Of a stretch of DNA of 64,000 bases, positions 12,346 to 25,700 are shown one piece after another. Origin of the DNA: Octopus sinensis (taxonomy: Eukaryota); NCBI RefSeq assembly GCF_006345805.1, contig NC_043001.1:49910001-49974000 (forward strand), in the 5' to 3' direction. The notes beneath the pieces were generated by a model. That model saw only the letters and a list, made by a program, of their open reading frames with translations, was not told the origin of the DNA and ran no database searches. Numbering within the stretch: the first letter of the stretch is position 1; each line of letters opens with the position of its first letter. The position numbers and the translations under genes are program-made.

Positions 12346-13966
12346 GGAAAGAAGCAGACACAAAGTTGATTACTTTCATGGGAGTGGTATTGTCAAATTA
12401 TTTAAATCTAGTATACTGCTGGGAGTACTTTTTAATAAGCACTGCCCCTACCACACAGAAAAAAATTGAAGGTGAAAACAGACATTGGCAGGAATGGAAC
12501 ACAGAACTCTGATGTTTAGTCGAATTCCTATTGCAATGATGGTGGTGGTGGTGATCTAGATACTAGAGAATCATCACAAAAACAGGAGTGATAACAGTGA
12601 ATGAAGAAACCTTTAAAATAGTAAAACTGATTCAGTAGACATTTCTCATTTGTAACATTTCCAAATTCAAAATAAAATAAAATAAAATAAATAAATAAAC
12701 AAATATATAATTAAATAAAAGAAGTTTCTTAGCTCCAATTAAACAAGAGACTAGACATGATTATTTAACAGGTGTTATTGCTAAGAACATCAACAAAAGA
12801 GGTAAATTGAGAGACCAAGTTCTTGGTGAAGCAACATTGCTTATGTCTATTAAAGTGAATAGGAATGTGCTTTCCTCTCTCTCTCTCTCTCTCACACACA
12901 CTACATTCCCCCCATTCTGAAGCATTGCTTCCTCCTCAACTTTCTATTAGTCATGGAAATTTTTTTGTTGTCTTTGTACTTGACTGGTGTTAGAAATGCT
13001 GTGCAATGAAGCATAAAAACTGTATGGTATCAAATCAACTGATTGTACACATGGTTGGATGGATGGTTGGTTAGAGAGTGGATCAGTGAGTTCAATCTAG
13101 TAGAATGCACTAGAAGAGAGGAATATCAGATACAAAAAGAAAGAGGAAAAGATTGGGAATGGAGGAGAGATGAAGGAGAATGCCCTCTGCCACGAGATGA
13201 AGTTTCACTCCTAAGGGTAAAGAGGCAGAGGGATATATTTTGAAGTGTATGTGTGGAGGATGGGATTATGTGGTTGTTTTGTTTTCAATGAATGTTGAGT
13301 CAGAAACTATCACACAATAGCAAGAAGGAAATATTTCCAATAGATATTGCGATCAATATCTATTGATGTATGTTTCTGACATATTGTATTATATTGTGTA
13401 TGTGCACACATGTGTATTTTATAAAAACAATGTATCCTGACTTTTATCAGTTATTTGCCATGTGTGTGTGTGTGTGTGTGTGTAAAATGAGAGAGGTTAT
13501 ACTTTTCTTGTGCTTATTATCATATCATTTTTTTTTTCTTTTTTTGTTTCATTTCGTTACTTTGAAGAAGGAATTTTCATACACTAATCACTATCATCAT
13601 CTCATCATCATTTTATGCCTATTTCCTGTGCTGGCATGAGCTGTTAGATGGGTTGTCACACTCTGTGTCAGTTCTCACTGGCCCTCCTACACATGGTCAC
13701 AAGATGCTCAGAAGGGCAGTAAACATCTTGCTTGTGTATTTTATTTTGGCATGGTTTCTATGGCTGACTAGATACATTCATCTTATTAAAGCACCAGCAC
13801 TAGTGAGGTTGCCATGTACTCAACAAAACATGAATAGAGTCCACTCAATCCCCTTCTGCTCCCACACATACACACAAAGTTTGCTTCTGGTGATTTACCA
13901 TTAAAGGAGAGAGAATCTCTTCTGATATATAATTCCAACAACAGTCAATGAACAAAGAGCAAAATA

Positions 13967-15124
13967 TTGTGTCATCCCATAAATAACGTGGTTTTTTTAT
14001 ACTTCTTTTATTATTCAGAATGAAGTTCTGTTTTTAAACTAAAATATACTATCCATTTTCTACAATGCTCGCAAGGGCACTTTCCAAAATTCACTTATCC
14101 ATGACAAAAAATACTCTTCCAGTACTGTTCTAACCTCGTCTACAAAATACGTATTTTGTCCTTCCAAATGATTTTGAAGATTGCCGAATAAATGGAGTAA
14201 TGTCATCCTTGCTGTATGTGACTAAGCATTATCCTGATGGAAGAACACCTTTTACCTTGAAAGCAAAGATGGCCGCTTTTCTTCTAGCACTGACTTAAGC
14301 TGCTCAAGCTGTTTGCAGTAGATCTCCTTTGTTATCGTTTGGTTTGGGTTTAAAAGTTCAAAGTAGACTAAACCTTTCATATCCCACCAAACAGATTACA
14401 ACACCTTACATGGGTGAAGACCTCTTTTAGCCTGAGGTGCCGGTCTTTCTCCTTTCCCTAACCACTGACTTCGGCATTTGACATTTTTATAGAGAACCCA
14501 TTTCTCATCACCAGTCACTATTCAGTCCAAAAAAGGTTCATTCGTGAGACATGACAGCAAAGAAGAGTACACATTCACTCTCTGCACACAATTAGACTTG
14601 GAAAGTTTGTGAGGAACCCATTGACCCAACTTGATAACTTTTCCAAAGGCATGCAGGTGTCAATGAATAGTTGAATGACCAAATCCAAGCTTCTCTACTA
14701 GTTCCTCAACAGTTACAATGGGATTTTGTTCCACCAGGGTTTGCAGGACGTCCTCATTGAGCTCTACAAATCTTCCAAGATGAGGCTTGTCTTCTAGGCT
14801 GTAGTTTCCGGCTCAGAATTTCTGAAATCACTGTTGACACTAGCTTACGCTTATTGTCCGATCCCCAGCTACTACATTAATATTCCTCACACTTTCCATT
14901 GCGTTTGTTGCCTTTACTGAACTCATAAAGCAAAATATGCCAAATATTCCATTATAGCTTTGAAAGAATAACTGTTAAAACTGAACTGCACTCTTCAAAA
15001 CTTGCACTAAGAATATGGACAAGGTAAAATTACTACCTTCTTTTATAGTAAGTTGATCTTGTTCCCCCTCTGACTTTTAGGTCATGTAATTGAAAAAAAA
15101 TACATTATTTATGGGATGACCCAA
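13967..15124 (-). mobile_element. Degenerate mariner (D,D34D-type) transposon
   Basis: TIRs ttg(t/g)gtcatcccataaataa flanked by TA. The minus strand gives RIVTGDEKW and FHQDNA; stops and deletions are present. Confidence 0.9.
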
Positions 15125-16074
15125 TAAAACTGACAATATTTGAACTCACAACATAAAGAGATATAACAAATTACTCCAGGGTATTTTGTCCAACACTCTA
15201 CTAATATTGCAACCCATCATTAACATGCTTGCATGCGTGTGTGTAAAATAACTAGCCACAACCTCCTAATTCAAGTACCTCAGCAGCATAGTTTCCATCA
15301 AATTCACAGAGGTCAAGGAGATTCTAAACCATACCAGATAAGTCTCTGTAGCCTTTTGGAAGTTCAAGAAAATGAGTTTTTCTAAACAATCACTATAACT
15401 TACATACCAAAATCCTAGTCTACAAAGCTGTCAATATTTCCAGTCTGTAGTATAGGAATGAGACATTGATCAAAAAATATAAAGGTGATACAATATTAAA
15501 GGCCTTTTGGTTCTTATTTAGTGTATCTGGAAGACCCTTTCAGTCAACTGGTTGGGTAGGATTACATATACAGGAACCTGTTTTGAACCCACACTATGCA
15601 GTTATCAACTGAGATGGCCCAGGCATGGTGTGAACATGATTGACTTGCATGTCCCCTACAGGATTCTTAACTGTTCTAGCTAGCAGGAAAAAAAAAGAAC
15701 AGAAAAGCAGCACAAAGACCATCTGAAGGCCACTTTCAAGAAGAGCAACATCAACCTTTAAGAATGGAAGATATTAAGTATGACATTTTTTATCCAAAAA
15801 AATAAATAAAAAGCCAACAGGGGATTTGAACTCCTAATTCCTTGATAAGCAGAAAAGTTTGATACTATAATTACTTGGTCACACTGATTCTGGTGTGCAG
15901 AATCCAAATTATACACACCGAAGCACTACATTTGCTGTGGAATGTGAACTTATGCTTGATAAACTGAAGGCTCAATACGTTTTTTTCTTCACAACTAAAA
16001 TAAGGAGATAACTTCAGCAAGTAAATAAGTTTTTTTCTTTGTGTGTATGTGTGTGTGTGTGTGGGGGGGGGGTT

Positions 16075-16286
16075 ATTCCCTTTTGATACCAATCCACCTG
16101 AGATCACTGGATTGCCCCAGGTTCTATGATATAAACTTCTTGTTTTAGAGTGATCTAGAAGACTTTCCAATAAAATTTCTCGTCAGTTCATGTGCCAAGA
16201 ACTATTTTAACAGAATTATTTTTATTAAACATTTTATTATTATCAAAATTAACAGAAACAAAGGCAGTGTAACGACAGGGTTAAAC
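16075..16286. mobile_element. piggyBac-type MITE family 2
   Basis: Aligns with 12127-12345 and ends gtaacgacagggttaa. Confidence 0.7.
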
Positions 16287-17367
16287 CATTCTTCCAGATA
16301 AGGTAAGCTTCAAGGAATAAAGGAAAAGAAAAATCTTAAGAACTTGCTAGTGATGAATGACGTCACAGTCTAGTGAGCAGATAGTGCAACTAACTAGGAA
16401 TTCAAAGAAGGTTGTTTTTATTGTTTGTTGTTGTTCTGCTTTCCATGTAATAGCTGTACCTTAACATTTGCTAAAACATTTTGGTGTTCTTTAATGACAG
16501 CAAATGAGCATCACAACTATGAGATGAAAGGGAGTTAGATAGATGGAATTCTGCCAATACTTTAAAGAATCCTCTCTTTTTATAATGGAATATTTTCAGA
16601 CAGAAAGGTCTCTTTCTCAAACATATAAATAATGAGTCAAAAAAGCAGTCCATTGGAGAGGTAGTTCTTTTCTTTTTGGAACAAACAAACAAACAAACAG
16701 CTACAACTTCAAAAGATTATCCAAAAGTGAAACCTTTCAAAATATAAAGTTACAATATTTTCAACAATTTGATATCAATTTTTTCTTTCCTTTACTGAAT
16801 AATACTTCTATAGTTTTCACTGCTGAATAATTCCATAGTACACTTGCACCTAGTTTGATGCTTTTTTTTTTTTTCTTTTCTTTTCTTTTCTCTTTTGCTT
16901 GCAGAACCTGAAGGGGCTGTGCCCATTGCCCAAGTCCTCTAAAGAGTGGTCAGATTGATAACATTAATGTTCTGTTTAAAATGTTTACAAATCAATACTC
17001 GCAAAAAAAACTGCATGAGTGGAGAGGAGGTTCTGGGGGGGGGACGTCCTGAGGAGGAAGGATTTGATGTAGTAGTGCTTATTCTGGTTGCTAGGGTTGG
17101 GTGGACATATCAAGAGTGATGACAAGTAAAAACGTTAATGGGCTGAGGCACCAGACCAGCCAACTCTATAGTGAAATAAAGCCTAGCTACTGGCAAATGC
17201 TTTGCTACTAGACTCTATGCAATGCACATTATTCTAATTACCTTGGATATCTATTTGTAAAATGAGCACTTCCTCCTCACATTACTGTAGTACAAGACCG
17301 AAAATGTGTTCATTTTAATGTATACCATTCAACTAAAAACAGGCTTCAACTTCTAAACCGAAAAGAA

Positions 17368-17400
<33 letters not shown>

Positions 17401-18427
17401 GTTATAATTGATAATAACAACAACAATAATAAAATATAACAATATTTTTGTCAATAAAATTTGTAAGAGTATTTACTTTAGAATTCTTTATAGCCACTCT
17501 CTATACAAATATTAATGTCAACTTCCAGGGAATAAAACACATATTTATAAATGCAACAGCAATATAAAGACTATGTAAAATAATTATTAAAAAAATGAAA
17601 TTAATTTTGGTTTATTTTTTCCTGCAGAGGTGTATTTAGTTTTTATTGAGTTTGCAGTTACATTAATTGGCCAACAATGTAAAGATTAATAAACACTGAA
17701 TATATTTGAGAAGTGGGATTTTTTTAATATTCATTTTCCTTGGAAGGCCAAAGGATTATTTGGCAGTAAAACACAATTTTCTGGCGCCGATGCAATACTT
17801 AAACACTAATGATACGTTGAAATAACATTAAATAGCCAGCTTTAACAATTTCCTTAAACAAATTGCAGTTAACTCTGAAATTTTTAAAACAGTTACATAC
17901 CATGTACACACTCATAATACATACATACAGGCACATACATGCATATACATGAAATAGCTTCCAGTTTGAAATTCTTTTTTCTGCTTTCACTATCCATCTA
18001 CAAGAGTAAATGAACACACACACAAGAAAAACATATAAAACCAACCAAGAAATTCAAAAAGCTTTAGTTGTAGATGAAAATTTACAAAGATTCCCAGACA
18101 AATTGACTTGATTCTTCCTCACCCTCACCAATGTTCAAAGAATTCTTAATGAACAAAGCAGGAAATTATAGGGAAGTTTTAAAAAGTAAAAGGAGAAAAA
18201 CAGCAGCAACAACAACACTGAAAGCAATCAAATACAATTTACAACCCTTGTTGAATAGATTCTCATTCTGTCCAAACATTCATGCAATAAGACAAAATCT
18301 TGCCTCCAGTGTACAACACATACTCTATACTTTAAATTGTTAATACTAAAAATGGCTTCAATACACCAAGAGAAATGATTTTTCAAATGTTCCTCATATT
18401 TCTATAAAAACTGATTTTGAACAGATG

Positions 18428-18790
18428 CGGGCATGGCTAAGTGGTTATAAACTGATCCAGGTATGGCTGTCTGGCTATGATGTTCAAACTATAACTACAT
18501 GGTTTTTAGTTCCAACTCATTGTGTGACACTTTAGGTAAATGTCATTTACTAATTATCTGGAGCTGACCAAGTTATGTGAGTGAAATTTGTAAACAGAAA
18601 TTGTATAGTGGGCAACCTCAATACAGCAGATGGCATGAAAAAAGCACCCAGTCCATACTGTAAATTAGTCGGCCTTAGGAAGGGCGTCCAGCCATAAAAA
18701 CCATGCTAAAACAGCTATTGAAGCTTGATGCAGTCCTTGGACACATCAATTCCTGCTAAACTGTCCAACCCATGCCAGTATAGAACATGG
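18428..18790 (+). mobile_element. Old SINE with family-A head and RTE-derived 3' tail
   Basis: Tail aggaagggcgtccagcc...tgtccaacccatgcc...gatgatg matches the RTE 3' end. Similar copies at 3552-3960 and 33565-33890. Confidence 0.7.
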
Positions 18791-19860
18791 CTGTTAAATA
18801 ATGATGATGTGTGTGCATATCTCCATATACAGGAATGGCTTGATGGTTAAGTTTGATTCATGGTCATGAGACACTGGTTTTGTTCCCACTCCATGGCACT
18901 TTGAATGATTATCTTCCATGCTAGTATTGTGAGTGAAAACTAAGCATTTGTTGATTTTTTTTTGTTTTTTTGTTTTTTCACTTTCATTTAATACCACTTA
19001 CTTGTATGGCTTGGGCAAGGACATTGGAGATATGATTTTACAAAAGGATGATTTGCCTGTTGCCAAACCTTACCTGTTTCTCAAGTGAAGATTTTCTTTT
19101 TTACCCTCATAAGTCTTCAAAAACACAGAAACAGGTAATAATACTTGACATGGTGTGTGAACAACATTCACCATTTCACTCAAGTGAATCTGTGGGATAT
19201 CAACATTCACAGAGAGAGAAAGAGACACACATACAAAAAGAGAGAAGACTAGATACCTTCAGTTTCCACCTGTCAAATTCACTTATGGAATAGCAGAAAA
19301 CGCTCATCCAAGGTGCTGTTCCATGAGACTAAACTTAAAACCATATGGTTACAAAACAAACTTCTTAACCATAAAGCTGTGCTTCTGCCTATGTATGTGT
19401 GTGTGCTTGTGAGAAGGCATGCAGCCTGGTGCTTAGAGTGTTGCACTCACAATCACTAGACTGTTAGTTTGATTCCTGGACTAGGTGACATGTTGTGTTC
19501 TTGAGCAAAACACTGCACTTCACGTTACTCCAGTCCACTCAACTGTAAATGGGTAACCCTGCAATAGAATAGCCTTCCGATCAGAGGGAATGTTGGGCTC
19601 CTCACCTAGCCAATGGGGTAACATTATCTGAAAGCCAAGATAATGTGAAGCACATTGTGATCAATAATTTCTAACAATGTCTGATAGTCTGGCTGATACC
19701 ATGATATAAACACACACACACTATCCCATCATTCCCAGGCAATTTTTACCATAGAATGTCTATTTCACTTTTTATTGTTCCATGTCAGACTATAACACAC
19801 ACACACACACATGCACCATATATAAATGTTCATATATACATATAAATTCCATAATGGTTA

Positions 19861-19940
19861 TCTCTGATGAGCGCAAGGTTACATAATCAGATTGTTACCT
19901 AACACTTTGTTGAACCCCTAGTGCAAAACAGATTGGGAAG
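19861..19940 (+). ncRNA. Degenerate hammerhead relic
   Basis: CUGAUGA-GCGC..GUGC-(A)AAAC; G12 and the cleavage site have decayed. Confidence 0.4.
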
Positions 19941-20464
19941 ATTGACCATAATGAATATATAATATGGTACATTTCGATTAATATATAAACAGACAGGCAG
20001 ACAGAAGGAATAAGCGTAAATCTGGCTATCACCTCAGCACATTATACAGGATCCTCGCCAGAGTAGTATCCCAAAATCAAAAGGAGATCCATAAGACTTT
20101 GACTGATATACATGGGGGCTCTACGCAATTCTAAGATAAGTCCAGTAGGCTTAAAATAAAACCTGGAGAAGTCAAATTGACAATTGTTTGTGTAAACAGA
20201 TGATATTTCAATTCCATATCTCATTCAAGATTATGCAATTTAGTCAGTGTTGTATAATACATGCCATAATATATGGAAATATGTAATAATACCTACAGTC
20301 CATTCACTTACTTAGATATCATGATTTGAAGGTATGATTGGAGAAATGAATTTTTGGGAGGCATTCTTTGGATGTGTTACGGTAGGACAATCTTAATAAT
20401 ATTATATATACCAAAGTAAGCACATAAATGTGAAACAAGGTGGGGTAGAAATAGTACTAGAATA

Positions 20465-20694
20465 CCTATTTCTTTACTACCCACAAGGGGCTAATCACAG
20501 AGAGGACAAACAAGGACAGACAAACAGATTAAGTCGATTATATCAACCCCAGTGCATAACTGGTACTTATTTAATCGACCCTGAAAGGATAAAAGGCAAA
20601 GTTGACCTCGGTGGAATTTGAACTCAGAACGTAGCGGCAGACGAAATACCGCTAAGTATTTTGCCCGGCGTGCTAACGTTTCTGCCAGCTCGCC
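20465..20694 (-). mobile_element. tRNA-derived SINE family B, well-preserved copy
   Basis: On the minus strand: gagctggcagaaacgttag (A box) and gttctgagttcaaa (B box). Closely matches 47668-47909. Confidence 0.9.
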
Positions 20695-22039
20695 ATATAT
20701 ATAACTTTTTCTGATTTGATTGAATTGTGCATAGAACTCCACTTTCCACACTATTAAAAAGAAGAGATCGATGCTTTTTTGGACAGAACTTTGGTGTAGT
20801 TTAAGGTAGATTTTTTTCCCTACCAGATGGATAACAACTCATTACAATCCAATAACATGTCAATTTCAACTTCCTGCCATTACGAAAGTGGAAGCCTTTA
20901 TGCAGTCAATTGATCCTGCTAGAAGCAGCAGGCAAATTTGCTTCAAATCACCTATCCTCTTAAATAAATGAAAAGGCATTGAATAATGATGCGCAAAACA
21001 ATAGTCTATCATGGCTGCCTTTGAACCAATTAGGGATGACCTGGGATAAAAAGATCAACATTTGTGAATGGCATGCAGCCTTACAGTATTTACTTACAAG
21101 TTAGGTAGACTAAGCCACTATTTCTCATGGAGTCGTGGTTGACCTCATTGGCAGAGCTTATGCAGGTTGAAAAGAGAGTGGACAAATTGCCATATGTAAT
21201 AAAATTAAGATGTGTATGTGCTTGTGGGTACTCTTGTCTAGACATTACATGATGTCATACATGTGAGGTTGTTAGTATGCAGACTTTTAAGAAAAACAAG
21301 CTAAGGGAAAATATCTTGCTTGGAAACAGATGAAAGATAGCAATGGGAATGACATCCAGCCATAGAACATCTACCTCAACGAATTCTGTCTGCTCCATGC
21401 ACGTTGCTAGTACTGGTCATTTGGAGAACCACTAGACAAGGGCAGTGATACAGAGTCATTAAGAGGATGCAATTCTTTGGCTGCTTGTGTGGTACTGTAG
21501 TTGTACTCTTTTGACATAGTTGTTTGTTCATCCTTTGACAAAAATACTTGACACCAATTTCAAAGCCTTGCTTCTGAGTAACAACATCTGAAGAGTTGCC
21601 TAGCAACTCGTAAAATATGAGAATATGAATATCACCTAAGTAACACAAGTTGAAGTGGTACAAAATTCATCCTATTTACTCCAAGATAGGTATCAATGAT
21701 GTAGCTTATTATGAAGGATTTTTTTGCATTTTGCATTAATGCAGACATGTAAATAATTTATTTATTATTAAATATAATACTATAAATCAGTTACATGTTT
21801 TTAAGTTACGAAACAATTTGTCATGATATTAGAATTTTCTTATTGTTAAATAAAATTCCATCAAATTATTTCTGTTATTTATGACATATATATATATATA
21901 TATATATGAAAACCCCACTAGAATGGGAGAAAGCGCTAATGATCTAAGTGATATGATATATATATAAAAAATGTAATATATAAATAAATATCTGTAAATA
22001 TAATTACCATCCGATCTTCTGAGTACCTCATTTCTTCTG

Positions 22040-22097
<58 letters not shown>

Positions 22098-22783
22098 TTG
22101 TTTACTAAAAAAAAAAACCTTAGATGCTATATTACAATACCTAAATGACCAGAGAAAATTCAACTAGTGAAACTCCACTTTCTTCACACTTCCCATCCAA
22201 GTTAATAGTTAGGTAAATAACAGGGGTTTAAAATAAGACATACGTACAGAAGAAGAAAAAAAGAGAGCAAAGAACAACTAGGATTCATCCCGCCTACTTT
22301 CTTAACTTCTCAGTTCTGCTAAAATAACTGCAGAAGAGTAGTTAGAGCAACAGTTCATTATGTCAGCCATGCTAAAAATAATTAGCTAGTCAGTCAGTTT
22401 TCAAGACTGATATTTTATACAATATTCTACATGTACTTTTACTGGTTTGCTATGAAATGAGAGAGAGGTGCCGACAGACTTATTTTGCAGATGTTGCATG
22501 CTCTGCACCTGTTGTACCTTTAACAAAATTTTGTTGTTTTTAATTATCTTTTTTGTTACTTTTTTTTTTCTTACTTTATTCATGAACATCTATATCTTTA
22601 TGTAGTCCAACTAATAATATAGTCTGGGTTAACAAAGTGTTATATAATGAATACAGCTTCCTGCAAAACATTGACACTCCAATTGATCAAACACAAATTA
22701 GTAAACCTAATCTACAAACATGTTTAATTAACATACTGACATTACTGATATATCTGAAATTAATATAAATAACTATCTAACAT

Positions 22784-25700
22784 CATCATCATCATCATCA
22801 TCATCATTTAGCGTCCGTTTTCCATGCTAGCATGGGTTGGACGGTTCAACTGGGGTCTGGGGAGCCCGAAGGCTGCACCAGGCCAGTCAGATCTGGCAGT
22901 GTTTCTACAGCTGGATGCCCTTCCTAACGCCAACCACTCCGAGAGTGTAGTGGGTGATTTTATGTGCCACCGACACAGGTGCCAGACGAGGCTGGCGAAC
23001 GGCCACGCTCGGATGGTGTTTTTATGTGCCACCGACACAGGTGCCAGACGAGGCTGGCAGACGGCCACGCTCGGATGGTGTTTTTATGTGCCACCGACAC
23101 AGGTGCCAGATGAGGCTGGCGGACGGCCACGATCGGATGGTGTTTGTTACGTCCCCAAAGCACGGAGGCCAGTCTATGCGGTACTGGCTACGGCCACGTT
23201 CGGATGATTTTCTTGTGTGCCACCGGCACTGGTACCACAAAGATACAAATTCCATTTATGTTCATCTATTTTGATTTGTTTGATTTGATTTGATTTGATT
23301 TGATTTGATTTTTGATTTTCACTTGCCTCAACAGGTCTTCACAAGTGTCACAAGAAGGAAGGTATGCATAGGTGGACTGTCTACGTCGCCGGGTCTTCGG
23401 ATGGTGTCTTTATGTGCCACCGACACAGGTGCCAGATGTGGCTGGCGAACGGCCACGATCGGATGGTTTTCTTGTGTGCCACCGGTACTGGAACCACAAA
23501 GATACAAATTCCATTGATGTTCATCTATTTTGATTTGGTTTGATTTTCACTTGCCTCAACAGGTCTTCACAAGTGTCACGCGTGTCACACACTTGCCTCA
23601 ACAGGTCTCCACAAGTGTCACACACTTGCCTCTGCCTCAACAGGTCTTCACAAGTGTCACACACTTGCCTCTGCCTCAACAGGTCTTCACAAGTGTCATA
23701 AGAGGGAAGGTAAGCACAGGTGGACTGACTACGTCGCCGGGTCTTTGGATGGTGGTGGTGTTTTTATGTGCCACCGACACAGGTGCCAGGTGAGGCTGGC
23801 GAACGGCCACGATCAGATGGTGTTTGTTGTGCCCACAGCACGGAGGCCAGTCGACGGCCACGTTCGGATGGTTTTCTTGTGTGCCACCGGTACTGGAACC
23901 ACAAAGATACAAATTCCATTGATATTCATCTATTTTGATTTGGTTTGATTTCACTTGCCTCAACAGGTCTTCACAAGGGTCACACACTTGCCTCAACAGG
24001 TCTCCACAAGTGTCACACACTTGCCTCTGCCTCAACAGGTCTTCACAAGTGTCACACACTTGCCTCAACAGGTCTTCACAAGTGTCATAAGAGGGAAGGT
24101 ATGCACAGGTGGACTGACTACGTCGCCGGGTCTTCGGATGGTGTCTTTATGTGCCACCGGCACAGGTGCCAGATGAGGCTGGCGAACGGCCACGATCGGA
24201 TGGTGTGTGTTGTGCCCACAGCACGGAGGCCAGTCGATGCGGTACTGGTTACGGCCACGTTTGGGTGGTTTTCTTGTGTGCCACCGGCACTGGTACCACG
24301 AAGAATACAATTCCACTGATGTTCATCTATTTTGATTTGTTTTGATTTGATTTGATTTTCACTTGCCTCAACAGGTCTTCATAAGTGTCACAAGAAGGAA
24401 GGTATGCACAGGACTGACTACGTCCCCGGTCGGGGCCACGGGTTATGGCCTGACTAGTCTTGCCGGGTCTTCTCATGTACAGCATACTTCCATAGGTCTC
24501 GGTCTCTAGACATTTCCTTAGTGAGACCTAAAGTTCGAAGGTCGTGCTTCACCACCTCGTCCCAGGTTTTCCTGGGTCTACCTCTTCCACAGGTTCCCTC
24601 CACTGCTAGGGTGTAGCACTTTTGCACACAACTATCTTCAGCCTTTCTTGTCACATGACCATACCAGCGCAGCCGTCTCTCTTGCACGCCACAACTGACG
24701 CTTCTTAGGTTCAACTTTTCTCTCAAGGAACTTACACTCTGACGATTATGAACACTGACATTACACATCCATCGGAGCATACTGGCTTCATTTCTTGCGA
24801 GCTTACGCATATCCTCAGCAGTCACGGCCCATGTTTCACTACCATGTAGCATGGCTGTACGTACACATGCATCATACAGTCTGCCTTTTACTCTGAGCGA
24901 GAGGCCTTTTGTCACCAGCAGGGGTAAGAGCTCTCTAAACTTTGCCCAGGCTATTCTTACTCTAGCAGTTACACTTTCAGCACACCCACCCCCGCTACTG
25001 ACTTGGTCTCCTAGGTAGCGGAAGCTATCAACTACTTCTAGTTTGTCTCCCTGGAACGTGGCAGAAGTTGGTCTCTGCATATTTCCAGTGTTTATTGCTC
25101 CTGAGCATTTGCCACAGACAAAAACTATTTTCCTAGTTAGCCTTCCTTTGACATTGCTGCACCTCTTATGTGTCCATAGCTTACACTTGGTGCATCTTAT
25201 AGAGTTTCTACCTACACCTTTTTTACAGATCGAGCAGGGCCATCTACCTGAAGGCGTTTGTGATTGATCTACCTTCCTACTTATTAGAACTTTGGTTTTG
25301 GCTAGGTTGATTCTAAGGCCCTTCGATTCTAATCCTTGTTTCCACACCTGAAACTTCTCCTCCAGTTCTGATAGTGACTCAGCAATTAGAGCAAGGTCAT
25401 CAGCATAGAGGAGCTCCCAGGGGCAACCTGTCTTGAATTCCTCCGTTATTGCCTGGAGGACTATGATAAATAGGAGGGGACTGAGGACTGAACCTTGGTG
25501 GACCCCAACCTCTACCCGGAATTCTTCACTGTACTCGTTGCCAACCCTCACCTTACTAGCAGCGTCTCTGTACATGGCTTGAACAGCTCTCACCAACCAT
25601 TCTTCTATCCCTAGTTTCCTCATTGACCACCAGATAAGGGACCGGGGGACCCTGTCAAAGGCTTTCTCCAAGTCAACAAAAGCCAGGTACAAGGGCTTAT

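Noticed and set aside
21400-21530. Protein-like frame MSKEYNYSTTQAAKELHPLNDSVSLPLSSGSPNDQY-stop
   Set aside because: Only a weak AAG acceptor, no homology I recognise, and a position incompatible with the host gene model.
22808-24453. CRISPR-like appearance and many overlapping ORFs
   Set aside because: These are tandem duplications in a LINE 3' UTR; there are no unique spacers or cas genes, and the context is eukaryotic.
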